Shown piece by piece: positions 12,001 to 23,703 of a stretch of 64,000 nt of DNA; the first letter of the stretch is position 1; each line of letters opens with the position of its first letter. The notes below the pieces were generated by a model. That model searched no databases and was not told the DNA's origin. It saw nothing but the letters and a program-made list of their open reading frames with translations. The translations under genes and the position numbers were made by a program. This DNA is from Lepidodermella squamata (lineage: Eukaryota; Animalia; Gastrotricha), in assembly GCA_047495785.1 (NCBI GenBank), contig JBLDXI010000032.1, positions 1,612,001 to 1,676,000 of the forward strand. Reading direction: 5' to 3'.

Positions 12001-15000
12001 GTCGCCTCGACCCAACTCCCCGTACCGAACGTCTACAAATCGAAACTACCCCACAGCGTGACCGTCATCACGTGCACCGGGCTGCCACCCCCTGCTCGAA
12101 ATGCCCACCTAACCGCGTATGACGTTCGGCCTCACGCGGTTGGCGAGATAGTCGAGTACCGCTGCGATGTTGGCCATCGGTTGCCGGCATCGAACAACCC
12201 GGCTAACCGCGCCAATCGACCTGATGTATCAGAGTGTCTACAAACCGGCGAGTGGTCACAGCCGATTGGCTGCGAGAAAGAACCGACTATCGTGCCGACT
12301 GTTGATAACAACAAATCGCGCCAGGGTTGCGCGCGTCTGCCGACCATCCGAAACACCGAAGCCCCGGGTAAAACCGAAGACTTCTCCGCGGATGAAGTTG
12401 TCGAGCTGCGGTGTTTGAGCGGTTTCATCCCGACCTTACTTTCGTCCCGCTCCACTGAATCCACCCTGGCCCTGCGTTGCCTAGGCGACGACGCCTGGGA
12501 GGCAGGCGCGGCTTGTGTCGCCGAGCCGATCTGCGCGCTCGGGTCAGTTCGATCGATCGGTTCAGCGTTGACCCTGGGCGAACTTCGGGCCGACTCGCAA
12601 ATGGCGATCTGCACGTCATCTGTCGCTCGATGCGCTGGCGTGGTGGATAAATGGCTGTTTTACAGCGCCCCGACGAGTGAGAGGGTGACTATGACCTTCC
12701 GCGCCTGTGTTTTCCGGCCGACCTACGATACCGGGTCGGCGGGTGGCGGGGAGCTGCAGCCGGGTAATCGGGTTGTTTTTTCGGAATTACTTCGCGAGTC
12801 GTCAATGTCAGTCGCAGCAGCTTCACCCCAGCAAGCGTCGTTGCTGTATCGCCTCGTTGGGTGTAATTTATTGAAGACTCAGTCGACCCGAAGTGGCGCT
12901 GCTGGTTTGGTCGTTGCGCATGTCGATGCGGCGGAGCAGATCGGAGTTCAACCAGGTGAGTGAACATTCGGCGATAATTTTCAGAAAGGGTCTAAAAATG
13001 TTCGATTTTTCGATTTTTTTAATTTTTCTGAAAAAAAGTCGATATCGGAAAATCACTGATTTTTTAAATCGATATCGGAAAATCACTGATTTTTTAAATC
13101 GATATCTGAAAATCATTGATTTTTTTCTCTGGTTTCCAATTTTCATTATTTTTTTTATTTTTTTTTCAATTCAGGGGATGTAACCGGTATTATCTATGAC
13201 AATGCAACCTCACCGGCTGCCTTAGCATTTGCCGATGGATTTTTCCCTCTCAAAGACGCGCTACCGGGTGCTGATACCGGAAACGAGTTGACCTACGTCG
13301 ACGCGCAGTCAGCCGCGTCTCTCGACAACGCCGGCGGTTCTTCGGTTTGCGCTCTGTCCCACTTTTTCTACGGCGATGCACTCGCTTTCGGGACATTCGA
13401 AATCAGCGGCTGGCAGCGAGAAGCGCGCGCTTACCTGCTCGAGGCCCACATCGCCGCTCCTCACGCCTGCGCGACACCAGCCTTCAGCTACGAAGATGTG
13501 AAATTGCAAAATGACAAGGCGAACCCGAGGCAACAGGAGAAAGCTGTCGCTACTCTGGTTCTGAATTTAGCGTCGAAGATCGAATGCGAAGGCGAGATTA
13601 CGACCTGGCAATACGTGGCGAAGGCTGGCACATCGAAGCCTGGCGCGAGACTGGCGTATTTGAGCGTCTGGCGTCTGACAAGTGCGCAAAGCAATTCCTA
13701 TTCAATGGTCGGCTACAACGCTGTTGAAGATGATGGCGGCGCACCTGGATTGCGATACGGTAAATTTTAAAGAAATTAAGAACAAAATGATTTGAATACA
13801 TTTTAAATTAAAAAATTAAAATAATTTAACATTTTCACTGACTTTTTTGAATTTTTTGAAATTTCAACGAATAGGTATTGAAATTTTAAAGAAATTTAAA
13901 TTTTGAAATTTGATTCAGAGAAATTAAATTGAGGAATTTTTTTAATTTAGCTGAGGTTGACCCGAATGACCGAATTCTTGTGAAACCTGGTGATATCATC
14001 GGGCTGTTCTACGATGCGGGTGACGGTGATTACTTCATCGCCGAGTCGACTGACTCGAACGATGATTCTAATAAGGCCTTGTCTCTACCACTGACCGCCA
14101 GTAACGTGTTGATGCTGGCGACTTCGAAAGGCTTCGTTTCGTTCTCAAGGGCACTCAGCGCGAAATCACCCTTATTGCGCGCCTTCGTCACCCCGACAGC
14201 TGCCTGCCCGGAGCCGCCGCGCGTCGAGCACGCAGTTGCGCGCCCGTTATGGCCTAGTGACCAGCGCCCATTTGCGGGTGACCGGGTGCGCTACGTCTGC
14301 CCGCCGCAATTCGCGCTGCTTGGCAACGCGGAGGCTGAATGCTTCCGATCTGGCCACTGGTCGCCACCGCCGATTTGCAAGGCCCTGTCGCATTGTACTG
14401 CTGGGGGTGAACTGGCGGATTACTTGTCAACGGATACGCCTATCTACCTGGATATGCCATGGTTCTCACTATGTCCTGAAAACCACGTGGCTTGTTCGGT
14501 AAGTAAAATTTTTTTCGAAACTTCGAAACTTGGAGAGAATTTTTTCTTGTTGACCTCATTCGAAATCTTCAAACACTGTATTAAAATTGTAATGAAAAGT
14601 CATTAAAATTTATTAAGGAGGAATTTTTCAATTTTAATTTTTCATTTTTTTCAAGAATATTTTTTTAATAGCAAATTATTTTATATTCATAATTTTTTCA
14701 TTGCCTTTTTGCATTTTTTTCATGCCCAATTTTAATTTTTATCTATTCAGGGCACGACCGAATATTGGGAATTTTACGGCATTACTCCTGAGCTAAACGA
14801 GCCAACCGCCGTTTACCTGTCAATATGGCGCGCAGTTGGCGCTAATCGATACCGCTTAATCGGCGAGGACATAATTGTGACAAACTCATCCGGGGTTCAG
14901 CGACACAGGTCACGTGGTCATGAGGTTCAACGCGGCGACATCCTAGCCATTTCCTACGACCGTAATCTAGCTGTTGGCATTATCCCGTACTCGCGGCCGA

Positions 15001-17855
15001 AACTTGCGTCGAAAGCTGCGGCGATGAAACGAGGCCTGGCCGAGCCGGGCGCAGGGTCGATATCAGCGGCGTCGGCCTGCATTTCGGTGCCTATGTACAA
15101 GCCGGATATTGATACGAAGCTGAATGATGACGGCACCCTTGACATGTCGGCAGCAGCGGCTGGCGGTGCCCTCCTTATGCGAACACCTAAACATTATGTA
15201 AGCCATGAATCTAATATTGCCATTTCGGAAAATTTGTGAGAAAATGGTATTTGAAATTTTTTAAATTTCCGAAACTAAATTTTTGATAAAAATTTGAAAT
15301 TAAATTTTTTAATTAGTATATTCAATTTTTTTTATTTTTGATAATTTATTAATTTATTAATTCAGACACTAAAATTGGTCGTTCAAGAGCGAGCTAAGGC
15401 AAAACGGACATGCGGGGCTGTTCACGATACACCTGGCGGTACGATTGTATCCGGCTCGGAGCGGGTCCTCAACAAAACAACCGGCCTGTTGCCCACCCCG
15501 GGCGACTGGGTCCACGTTCGCTGCACGTCAGCCGGAACTGAAATATTCGCCGAATGCGCGGCTGACGGCGCCTGGCAGCCCGAGTTGGCCTGCCCTGACT
15601 TCTGCGCTTGGAACCGCTTGGGCGATGACGATTTCCACGAATTGTCCGGTTCGTCTCGAGTCGAACTTTACGCCTCGTCGACAGTGCCATGCTCCGGTCT
15701 CGCCTCGTACTGGGAGTTCATCTCGCTAGCAAATGGCCCGTACGAAATCGCGTTTGATGTATGGCGCCGTCTGCCGGCGTCTTACCAAATGGCGCCAGGT
15801 TCGTCCGAAAGCGGACCGGGCCCAACTGCTGCTCAGTTACGCCTCGTTGGGTCGACAACGGTGCGCGGGTCTGGGTCGGGCCGGCGCTTATTCGCCATCG
15901 CTGACCAGGCTCAATTCGCCGTAGCAGCCGGAGACCTAGTAGCAGTTCGCTACTCCCCCGGAACGCCGCCTGTCATACCCTACAAGTCCGGTATGCCATT
16001 AAAATTTATTAAGGTTGACGAAATTTCAATAATTTTGTAATTTTAGGAGCTTGGGTAAAGTCAAAGTCGGAGTTGATCGATATTGTTCATGGCGCCTATG
16101 CCGATGACGTAGTTCGGGACGCCGCTGGCGCCGGTCAGGTGCCATCGGGCGTTGTAATCAAAGTCATCGCTGGTACAGTGAAAAAGCGCGAAAAACTACC
16201 CGCCGTTGCGCTGCACCTGAAATCTGTTCAAATGTTCCCGTACGGCGTGTGCGGCCGCGATGTCACGTGCCCAGCCGCGTCCGAATGCGTGTTCCGCGGC
16301 TGTTTCGGCCACGTTTGCGTTTGCAAAGCCGGGCACTGGCCGAACGCGAACAGAACGCGCTGCCTGCCCGCCGCTCGCCTCGGCCAGCCGTGCGGCGACG
16401 ACGTAGCCGCTTGTGCGCACCCTAGCCTCGAATGCTCGCCGTCAAGCGGCCGTTGTGCCTGCCAAACTGGTTACGTACCCGCTGAAGATGCGGGCGGGGA
16501 TGACGATGGGCTGCGGTGTAAGGAAGACTTGACTTCATCTGGACTGCAGCGGGCGTTGCTGAATGAAACCTGTGATCATCGCAGAAAGTGTTCGTTCGAC
16601 CAGCATTGCGTCGAAGGCGCGTGCATGTGCGCCAATGGCCTGAAACCAGCTTCTGAGCTCGATCGACGCGCTTTTCCTGACAGCCACCTCGAGTGCAGAT
16701 CTGAAAAATTCACTGTAAGTTTCAAGTTTTGCTGAAATTTTTCATGGGCTGAAAGAATTGGAGGTCAAACTGCACTCAAAAAAATTAAAATTCCTCCTTA
16801 AAATTAAGAAAAGATTAAAATCAAAGCCATTAAAGCTTAGAATGTTTTTGAGAAAATCTTTCATTTTTCTTTCCCTATTGACACGCGCTATTTCGATGGA
16901 GAAAAAAATTGAGAAGCAAGAATTCGAAAACCCCATATTTTTATCACTTTCGGTTATGAAGAAATTCCAGTGTGAAGTTGGTCACGTGACCTTACCTGGT
17001 GTCACACCTGAGGGTTTATTTCGAGAACCGTGATAGCTACGAAGCCGCTCTCAAAGAAAAGGTTCATCAGCGTGATGAGATCTGCCTAGAAATGCATTAA
17101 GTTGGGTTATAGGTGATACTTCGTGTAAAATCGATTTTGATGACACTTCAGTGAAGTTTTCGCCAAACCCAATTTTCACTTATTTTCGGTCAATTACAAA
17201 AAACAGAAATTAATTAATTAAATGACCTAATTTTTTTTAGTGGGACATTGTCAATGCCGCGGAAGAGTGCCCTGGCGGCACAGTGGCGCCGCTTGTCCTG
17301 ATGACGGCCGACGACGTGGCTCGCCAGCAATTTGTTCGATCCGTCCTAGTTCCAACCAGCGCTACCGTCGGCATAGCCTTCCTCGGCCTCGTCGTCGGTC
17401 TCGTCTCGTACATGTACCGCCGGCGTAGGCTATCCAGCCACAGCTCATCGCCCAGCAGTTCAGCATCAAGCAGTTTGACTAACATCAGCACGGCGAGCGA
17501 TAGCAGTAGCCAACTTATCGAGTGCAAAGTAGCTGGTGCTGATGTCAAGTCGAATTCGAACCCGGCGAACAGCTGTGGTAAAGCAAAGGTGACAACGGCG
17601 CTGGGTCGTCTGGCTGTTAAATCGACCCGCCTGCTAACGCCGCCGTCTACCACTACAGCGACGGCAATAGCTATCGGCCATGCGCCGAGAAACACCGGCC
17701 TCACTGAGTGCGTTCTCGTCGGTGACCTAGTTTCGCTGCGCCAGCCTAGTAATAATAAACAGCTAGGTCAGCCGGCAAGCAGCTCGAGCAATCATCATCA
17801 CCACAATCAGAGTCATACGACAAGCTTAAGCCGAGCTAAACCGGCCAAGCCTTGA
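6022..17855 (+). CDS. Giant type I membrane mosaic protein (~2973 aa): signal peptide, 2 MAM, ~7 Sushi/CCP, 2 PAN/apple, Thr-rich mucin stalk, 6 copies of an unnamed domain, EB/EGF-like Cys repeats, TM, Ser-rich tail
   Basis: Phase-consistent exons 6022-6729, 6862-7169, 7221-7370, 7425-7728, 7779-7932, 8217-8999, 9434-9836, 10039-10328, 10381-11241, 11483-12955, 13175-13759, 13951-14498, 14751-15197, 15366-15990, 16047-16714, 17241-17855 (8922 nt). MAM: CDFEFGRC, TGPDAD, FYYHMFG, VAIDQL. Sushi: C..GY.L.G...C...G.WS...P.C. TM ATVGIAFLGLVVGLVSYMY followed by RRRR. The junction after 7932 is ambiguous. Confidence 0.78.
9033..9298. mobile_element. Degenerate MITE with hAT-like terminal inverted repeats, inside an intron
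   Basis: Left end CAGGGATGTGCTCGTATCATCGTTT; right end reverse complement CAGGGTTGCTCGTATATCGTTTT. A third partial copy lies at ~9360-9392. No clean TSD. Confidence 0.45.
10420..10630 (+). repeat. Coding Thr-rich low-complexity (mucin-like) repeat
   Basis: ACN-codon run encoding STSTPSTTTSSTTTVTTTTTSTTTTTTTTEPTTTTTTTEPTT. Confidence 0.85.
13039..13125. repeat. Intronic 30-bp minisatellite, ~3 copies
   Basis: Unit TCGATATCGGAAAATCACTGATTTTTTAAA, two exact copies and one variant copy. Confidence 0.9.
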
Positions 17856-18487
17856 CATTCAGTTGATTTTCTGTTTTTTTTTCTTTTTTTCAGTTATTCT
17901 AATTTCGGGAACTCTCGTGTGCAAATTATTTATTACTGTCATTAAAAACTATGATTTCCAACATGGCGGCTCTGAATCAAAACTGCTCGAGTCTTTTATA
18001 CCATTGCCATAATATTATATTAAATAAAATATGCAAATAAAATTATTCTATCGTCACCTGTTTTGAGATTAAAAATGCGAGAAAGAATAGAAGCATAAAC
18101 CATAAACAAATCACAAACTAGCGTAGCCTGGGTTGCGCATTCATGCATTGCGAAACGAAACTGAAGACATGTGTCAGCCGTGGTCGGACTTTAGGTGGGC
18201 GATGGGCAATCTTTACATTTCACTTGTAGCGTCATCTGGAAACGGCTCGCTTAAAATTGAACTTTGTCTCAGCATTCTAGTTCCATTGTTTCTGGGCAGA
18301 TGAGAGGCTCAAAATATTTGGCCCCACACACAGGACAAAAATATTAACTAGAAGCCATCGGACGCCAGTACCCATAACTTGTAACTCGCAAAGAACGAAA
18401 CGATCTAGCATCAGTACACTCTTTGATACACGTTGTATAAGGTCTCCGATTCGGCTAAATATTTTTCCAATTGCACGAAATAAACTA

Positions 18488-20019
18488 ATGATTCTGCTAC
18501 TGTTGTCTGGCAGCATCACTGCATTCCTGCTGATAACATACCGACGTTACCTGCTCGACAAGCGCTTTCGCCTCCCACCTGGCCCTGCTCCTATACCATG
18601 GCTCGGAAACCTCAATCAGTTGATGTTTAAAGGAGAGAAGCCCATTTTCTGGCAAACTCTGAGAGACCTGTCGAAGCAATACGGCCCAATTATGACGTTT
18701 TATATGGGTCCAATTCGAATCATCGTGCTGACCAGTGCTAAAACAGTTCACGAGGCGATTGTTGAACAAGGCAAAACATTCAGCTGGCGAATCGAACAAC
18801 GTATTCCAGGCTACGAGAAGATGCAGGATGCACTCATATTTGCAAACCATGAGAAATGGCGGAAAAACAGGCGGTTCGGCCTGAAGGCGATGCGAGATTT
18901 CGGTAAAGTTATTATGCTATGTATGAGCCCCAAGCTTTTACTACTGTTTTTTCAGGTATGGGTAAAGAAGCTATGGTGGTTAAAATTCACGAAGAGGTTG
19001 CTGTTCTGCTGGATGACTTGCAAAGAGCAGCCAAGGATAAGAAGCCGATTCAGCTTGATACATTTGTCGTGAATGCCGTTTGCAACGTTATTTGCTCGCT
19101 GGTCCTTGGCAAGCGTCTGCCATACGACGATCCGAGTTTCCTAGAAGTCATTAAAAAGATTGAGACATTCACAGAGCATTCAACAGCTGAAAGCAGCGCC
19201 TTCTTACTGTTTCCTTTTCTGAAATATTTCAAGACGCCAAGTCACGTTCTATCGATGAAGAGCGTTGCGGATTTACTGGAACAGCTACTCAAGCAGGCGA
19301 TTAAAGAGCACCGTTTGGACTATGACCCCGATAACATTCGTGACTTTCCTGATCTGTTCATCGCTACAGAAAATAGCAAAGATGAAGCTATGAGTTCACG
19401 AGCTTTTGCTGAGATCATGGGGGAAATGTTTGGAGCTGGAACCGAAACGACTGCTACTGCGCTGCGCTGGGCCCTATTCTACTTGACAAAGTATCCTGCT
19501 ATGCAACAAAAATGCCAAGACCTGATCGATTCGGTGATTGATACAGATCGTCTACCGACACTGGCTGATCGCCCCAAACTAGTCTACGTAGATGCCATTA
19601 TGTACGAAGTTCTTCGACATGCTTCCATTGCCCCAGTGGGAGTTTATCATTCGAATCTTGACGAGCATGCTAAATTGTCAGGCTTCGACGTGCCGCCAAA
19701 TTCTTTGGTTTTGTACAACGCCACTGCTCTTCATTTCGATGAAACATACTGGAAGAACCCCGAGGTTTTCGACCCAGAGCGCTGGATTGGCAAAGATGGC
19801 CAGCTGCTGAATCACTCCTCACATTTCATACCGTTCGGCCTGGGTCCAAGGGTGTGTCTAGGCGAGGGTCTTGCAAAGGTGGAATTTTTCATCTTCTTGG
19901 TTTCGATGCTGCATCGATACAAATTTACACTGGCTACGCCTGATTCCAAGTACGAGGATGGTTTTAATGGTTTAGTGCACAGGCCACCGTTGTACAAGGT
20001 TGCCGTTGAAAGCCGTTGA
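18488..20019 (+). CDS. Cytochrome P450, clan 2 (copy 1), 492 aa
   Basis: Exons 18488-18902 and 18956-20019. N-terminal anchor, PPGP hinge, WRKNRRF, AGTETT, EVLR, PERW, FGLGPRVCLGE heme motif. Confidence 0.95.
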
Positions 20020-20563
20020 TTGGCAGAAACGATTTGCTCAAGCGTTTGCTTCACAAGCTGGCTTGATAAGTTTTCATCGTAACCACACGTATCAGTACTG
20101 CGCATTCTTCTCGCGATTTTTTTAGCAGCTTCGTTTAATCATTGCTTCATAAGATAATTGACTGATGTTAACAAATTTACCCTGTTTTCAATAAAAATGT
20201 GCGATATGCAGCTGTTTTTAAAGTTGTTGTCAAAAGCCGGTGATTGTTAAAGGCATTCTGCTTAAAAAACCGTGCATAAACCATCATAGGCCTGATGAAA
20301 CAACAGAATATAAAATGGTACGTTTACAAACTGCTTCGGACTTCGGAAACGCGTCTGTTTCACCCACCGAATTTTGCTGCGCCCCCCCAAGTGAGAAGTG
20401 AGAACAATGGCCGGCGCGCGCGCGCACTGAAGTTACGCCGAAGTTATACCCTAAGAAATTTCAAGAAACGCTTCGAGTATTCAATTAAATTGCTCACGGT
20501 AATTTGTTTTGAAAAACTTGAATAAACACCTTGGAATCAAAGCGCTATTTATTAAATCTCATT

Positions 20564-20861
20564 GCCTTTCAACTCCTGCAAAAAATGAGAAACCGGACCG
20601 CAGTACTTCTATAATATTATACAATGTCATTTAAAATCTCACAGCGAAAATTAGATTTTTGGTTCATTTTAGATACTTACTCAAGTTTTCGAACATTCGG
20701 CTATAGTTGATACACGATACATCTGAATGTATTACATTTAAGATTAAGTACTACAACTGAACACAAAACTCTACGTCGCGTTGTGAAATTTTTAATAACA
20801 TGATATAATATTGTAGAAGTACTTCGGTCCGGTTTCTCATTTTTTGCATTAGTTGAAAGGC
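20564..20861. repeat. Inverted repeat (~80-bp arms) upstream of P450 copy 2
   Basis: GCCTTTCAACT...TGCAAAAAATGAGAAACCGGACCGCAGTACTTCTA pairs with TAGAAGTACTTCGGTCCGGTTTCTCATTTTTTGCA...AGTTGAAAGGC. A third direct copy lies at ~21012-21045. Confidence 0.85.
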
Positions 20862-21186
20862 TTTGAGCGGTGCCTAATAATATAACGCTATAATGGATCC
20901 TGAGGATTGTGATAGATGAACTTTTTACGATATTAGTGTAACTTGTCTAATAAATATACTACAAACCCCGGACTCCGTTGTTATAGTCTATACCACAGAG
21001 TGTTTTATCGCATGCAAAAAATGATAAACCGGACCGCAGTACTTTTATATATAATGAGTGATGTTTCGTCCTGGCACGCGTCATGGCGAAAATACGCGCG
21101 AGAAGAAGACGCACTGAGTCTACTATATCAACCCTCAATTGGAACGAAAATCGCCATTCAAGTTTCAAGATCTAGGAGACAAAAAT

Positions 21187-22712
21187 ATGCTCGTATTGCT
21201 GTTAGCAGGCGGCGTTACTGCACTTTTCCTCTTAACGTACAAACGTTACCTGCTCGACAAGCGTTACCGCCTTCCGCCCGGGCCTGCTCCAATACCATGG
21301 CTTGGCAACTTGAATAAGGTTATGCTGGCTGGTAAGAAGCCGATATTCTGGCGAATTCTACGCGATTTGGCTAACAAATACGGCCCAATTATGACTTTCT
21401 ACATGGGTCCGATTCGGATGATCATTCTATCCAGTCCCAAAACTGTTCAAGAGGCATTAGTTGAGCAGGGCAAAACGTTCAGCTGCCGCCTGGAACGGAG
21501 ACTTCCTGGCTTCGAAAACATCCAGGAGGCTATTGTATATGCGAATCATGAAAAATGGCGGAAAAACAGACGATTCGGACTAAAGGCAATGCGCGATTTG
21601 GGTAAGATTCAAAAGCATATCACGTCGCCATTACGTTTTATTCTCCAGGAATGGGCAAGCAAGCCATGGTCGTTAAAATTTACGAAGAGGCCTCTGTCTT
21701 GCTAGATGTCCTACAAAAAGCTAGCGAAGAGAAGAAAGCGATAGAACTGAACACCATCATCTCAAATGCAGTCTGTAATGTGATTTGTTCATTGGTCTTC
21801 GGCAGGCGGCTGCATTACGAAGACCCTAGCTTTTTGAAGGTTCTAGATAGAATGAAAGCTATAACCGACCATTCGACAGTCGAAAGTACGGGTTTCTTAC
21901 TTTTACCTTTTCTGAAATACCTCAAGAAGAACAGCATACTACAAGCGATAGAAGACATGGCGGATTTGGTGGAACAGATGCTGAAGGAGGCGGTAAAAGA
22001 GCACCGCCTAGACTACGATCCTGAGAACATCCGTGATTTTGCTGATCTGTTCATCGCATCGGAAACTAGCAAGGATGACGCCATCGAGTTTCGAGAATAT
22101 GTTGAGATTATGAACGAAATGTTTGGAGCTGGTACAGAAACAACATCTACAGTACTGGGCTGGGCGCTGTTCTATCTGGCAAAATATCCAGCCATTCAGC
22201 AAAAATGTCAAGAGTTCATCGATTCGGTCATCGATACAGATCGCTCGCCGACTTTAAATGATCGCCCCAAGTTGACCTACATCGACGCATTCGTGAATGA
22301 AGTTCTTCGACACGCTTCCATCGCTCCGGTTGGGGTTTACCATACGAATTTGGACGAACATGCTAAGCTCTCTGGCTATGACATCCCACCAAACTCACTG
22401 GTCATTTACAACGCAAGCGCCTTGCACTTTGATGACGCTTATTGGAAGGACGCTGATGCCTTCAAGCCAGAGCGTTGGATCGGCAAAGACGGCCAGTTGT
22501 TAAATCACTCGTCAAATTTCGTGCCATTTGGATTAGGTCCCAGGGTGTGTCTTGGCGAGAATCTTGCAAAGGTGGAATTGTTCATCTTCTTGGTATCGAT
22601 GTTGCACCGATATAAATTTACACTTGCTACGCCTGAGTCGAAATACGAGGATGGTTTCAACGGCTATATTCACAAGCCTCCGTTCTACAAAGTTATCGTT
22701 GAAAGCCGCTGA
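21187..22712 (+). CDS. Cytochrome P450, clan 2 (copy 2), 492 aa
   Basis: Exons 21187-21601 and 21649-22712; the same motif set is intact. Confidence 0.95.
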
Positions 22713-23320
22713 TTATAAGTGAAATCAATCAAACTTACTTACGCCATGAGATTTAAAAGAACGCAGCCCGTAACTAAAACAATAGAAGGCATGTCATGTA
22801 CGAGAAACTGTTCCAAATACACTAACATCCTTGTTCCTTCATCCCGTTTTCGAGGAAGACAAACATGCCTACAACACAACTTCTGAAAAGTGTCGACTGG
22901 CTTATTCATAGGCATATTCTAGGGTTAATATAATAATAATAAAAATATATCAATAATATATATTTATTTCTTCTGAAAGAAAGCACATGTCTGAAATTTC
23001 TGTAAACATACCGAAAAATAAATTATGAAGCCTGTTTAATGATTCGAGCAGCCGATTCGTACAACCGCGTATTTTTGTATATATGTAATGATATTATATG
23101 ATATATAACACAATATAATATTTAAATGACTCCCTTGTTCGTATCTGCAATGTGCCATGATGGAGCCAGATGGCTGCGCTGGGCGATCTTTACATTTCCC
23201 GTGTATCGTCATCAGCAAATGGCTTGCTTAAAACTTGAACTTTGTCTCGTTCTATTTCCATTGTTTTTGGGCAGAAGCGAGGCTCAAAGAATTTGGCCCC
23301 ACGCGCAGGACAAAAATATG

Positions 23321-23500
23321 AACACGACCCCCTCGGACGTCAGTACTCGCAACTCGTAACTCGTAAAAGAACCTTGCTCTCGGACATCAGTGTGTTCTTC
23401 AATACCTGATAACTAAGGATTGAATATATACTGATGTCCGAGCGTTGCGTTTTTGCTCGAGTTACAGGTTGCAAGCACTGACGTCCGAGGGGGTCGTGTT
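23321..23500. repeat. 180-bp imperfect palindrome in the promoter of P450 copy 3
   Basis: The outer 24 bp are perfect inverted repeats (AACACGACCCCCTCGGACGTCAGT / ACTGACGTCCGAGGGGGTCGTGTT), with inner CTCGGACATCAGT / ACTGATGTCCGAG. Confidence 0.9.
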
Positions 23501-23703
23501 TTTTTTCAATAGCAAAAAAAACGCGGAAAAAACTTAGCTCGGACATCAGTACTTCCCTATTGACGGCAAATTATTTGTCTTCGCTAAAAATATCTTAGAA
23601 CGAACTACGCGCGCAACATGAACTCTGCGTTCTACATGATATAAGGCCTCTGATTCGGCAAAATATTATTACTTAGTAATTTTCAGATTGTTAAAATAAA
23701 GAA

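Noticed and set aside
23321-23556. Repeated 14-bp units with spacers, superficially CRISPR-like
   Set aside because: Mixed orientation, irregular spacing, eukaryotic intron-containing context and no cas genes.
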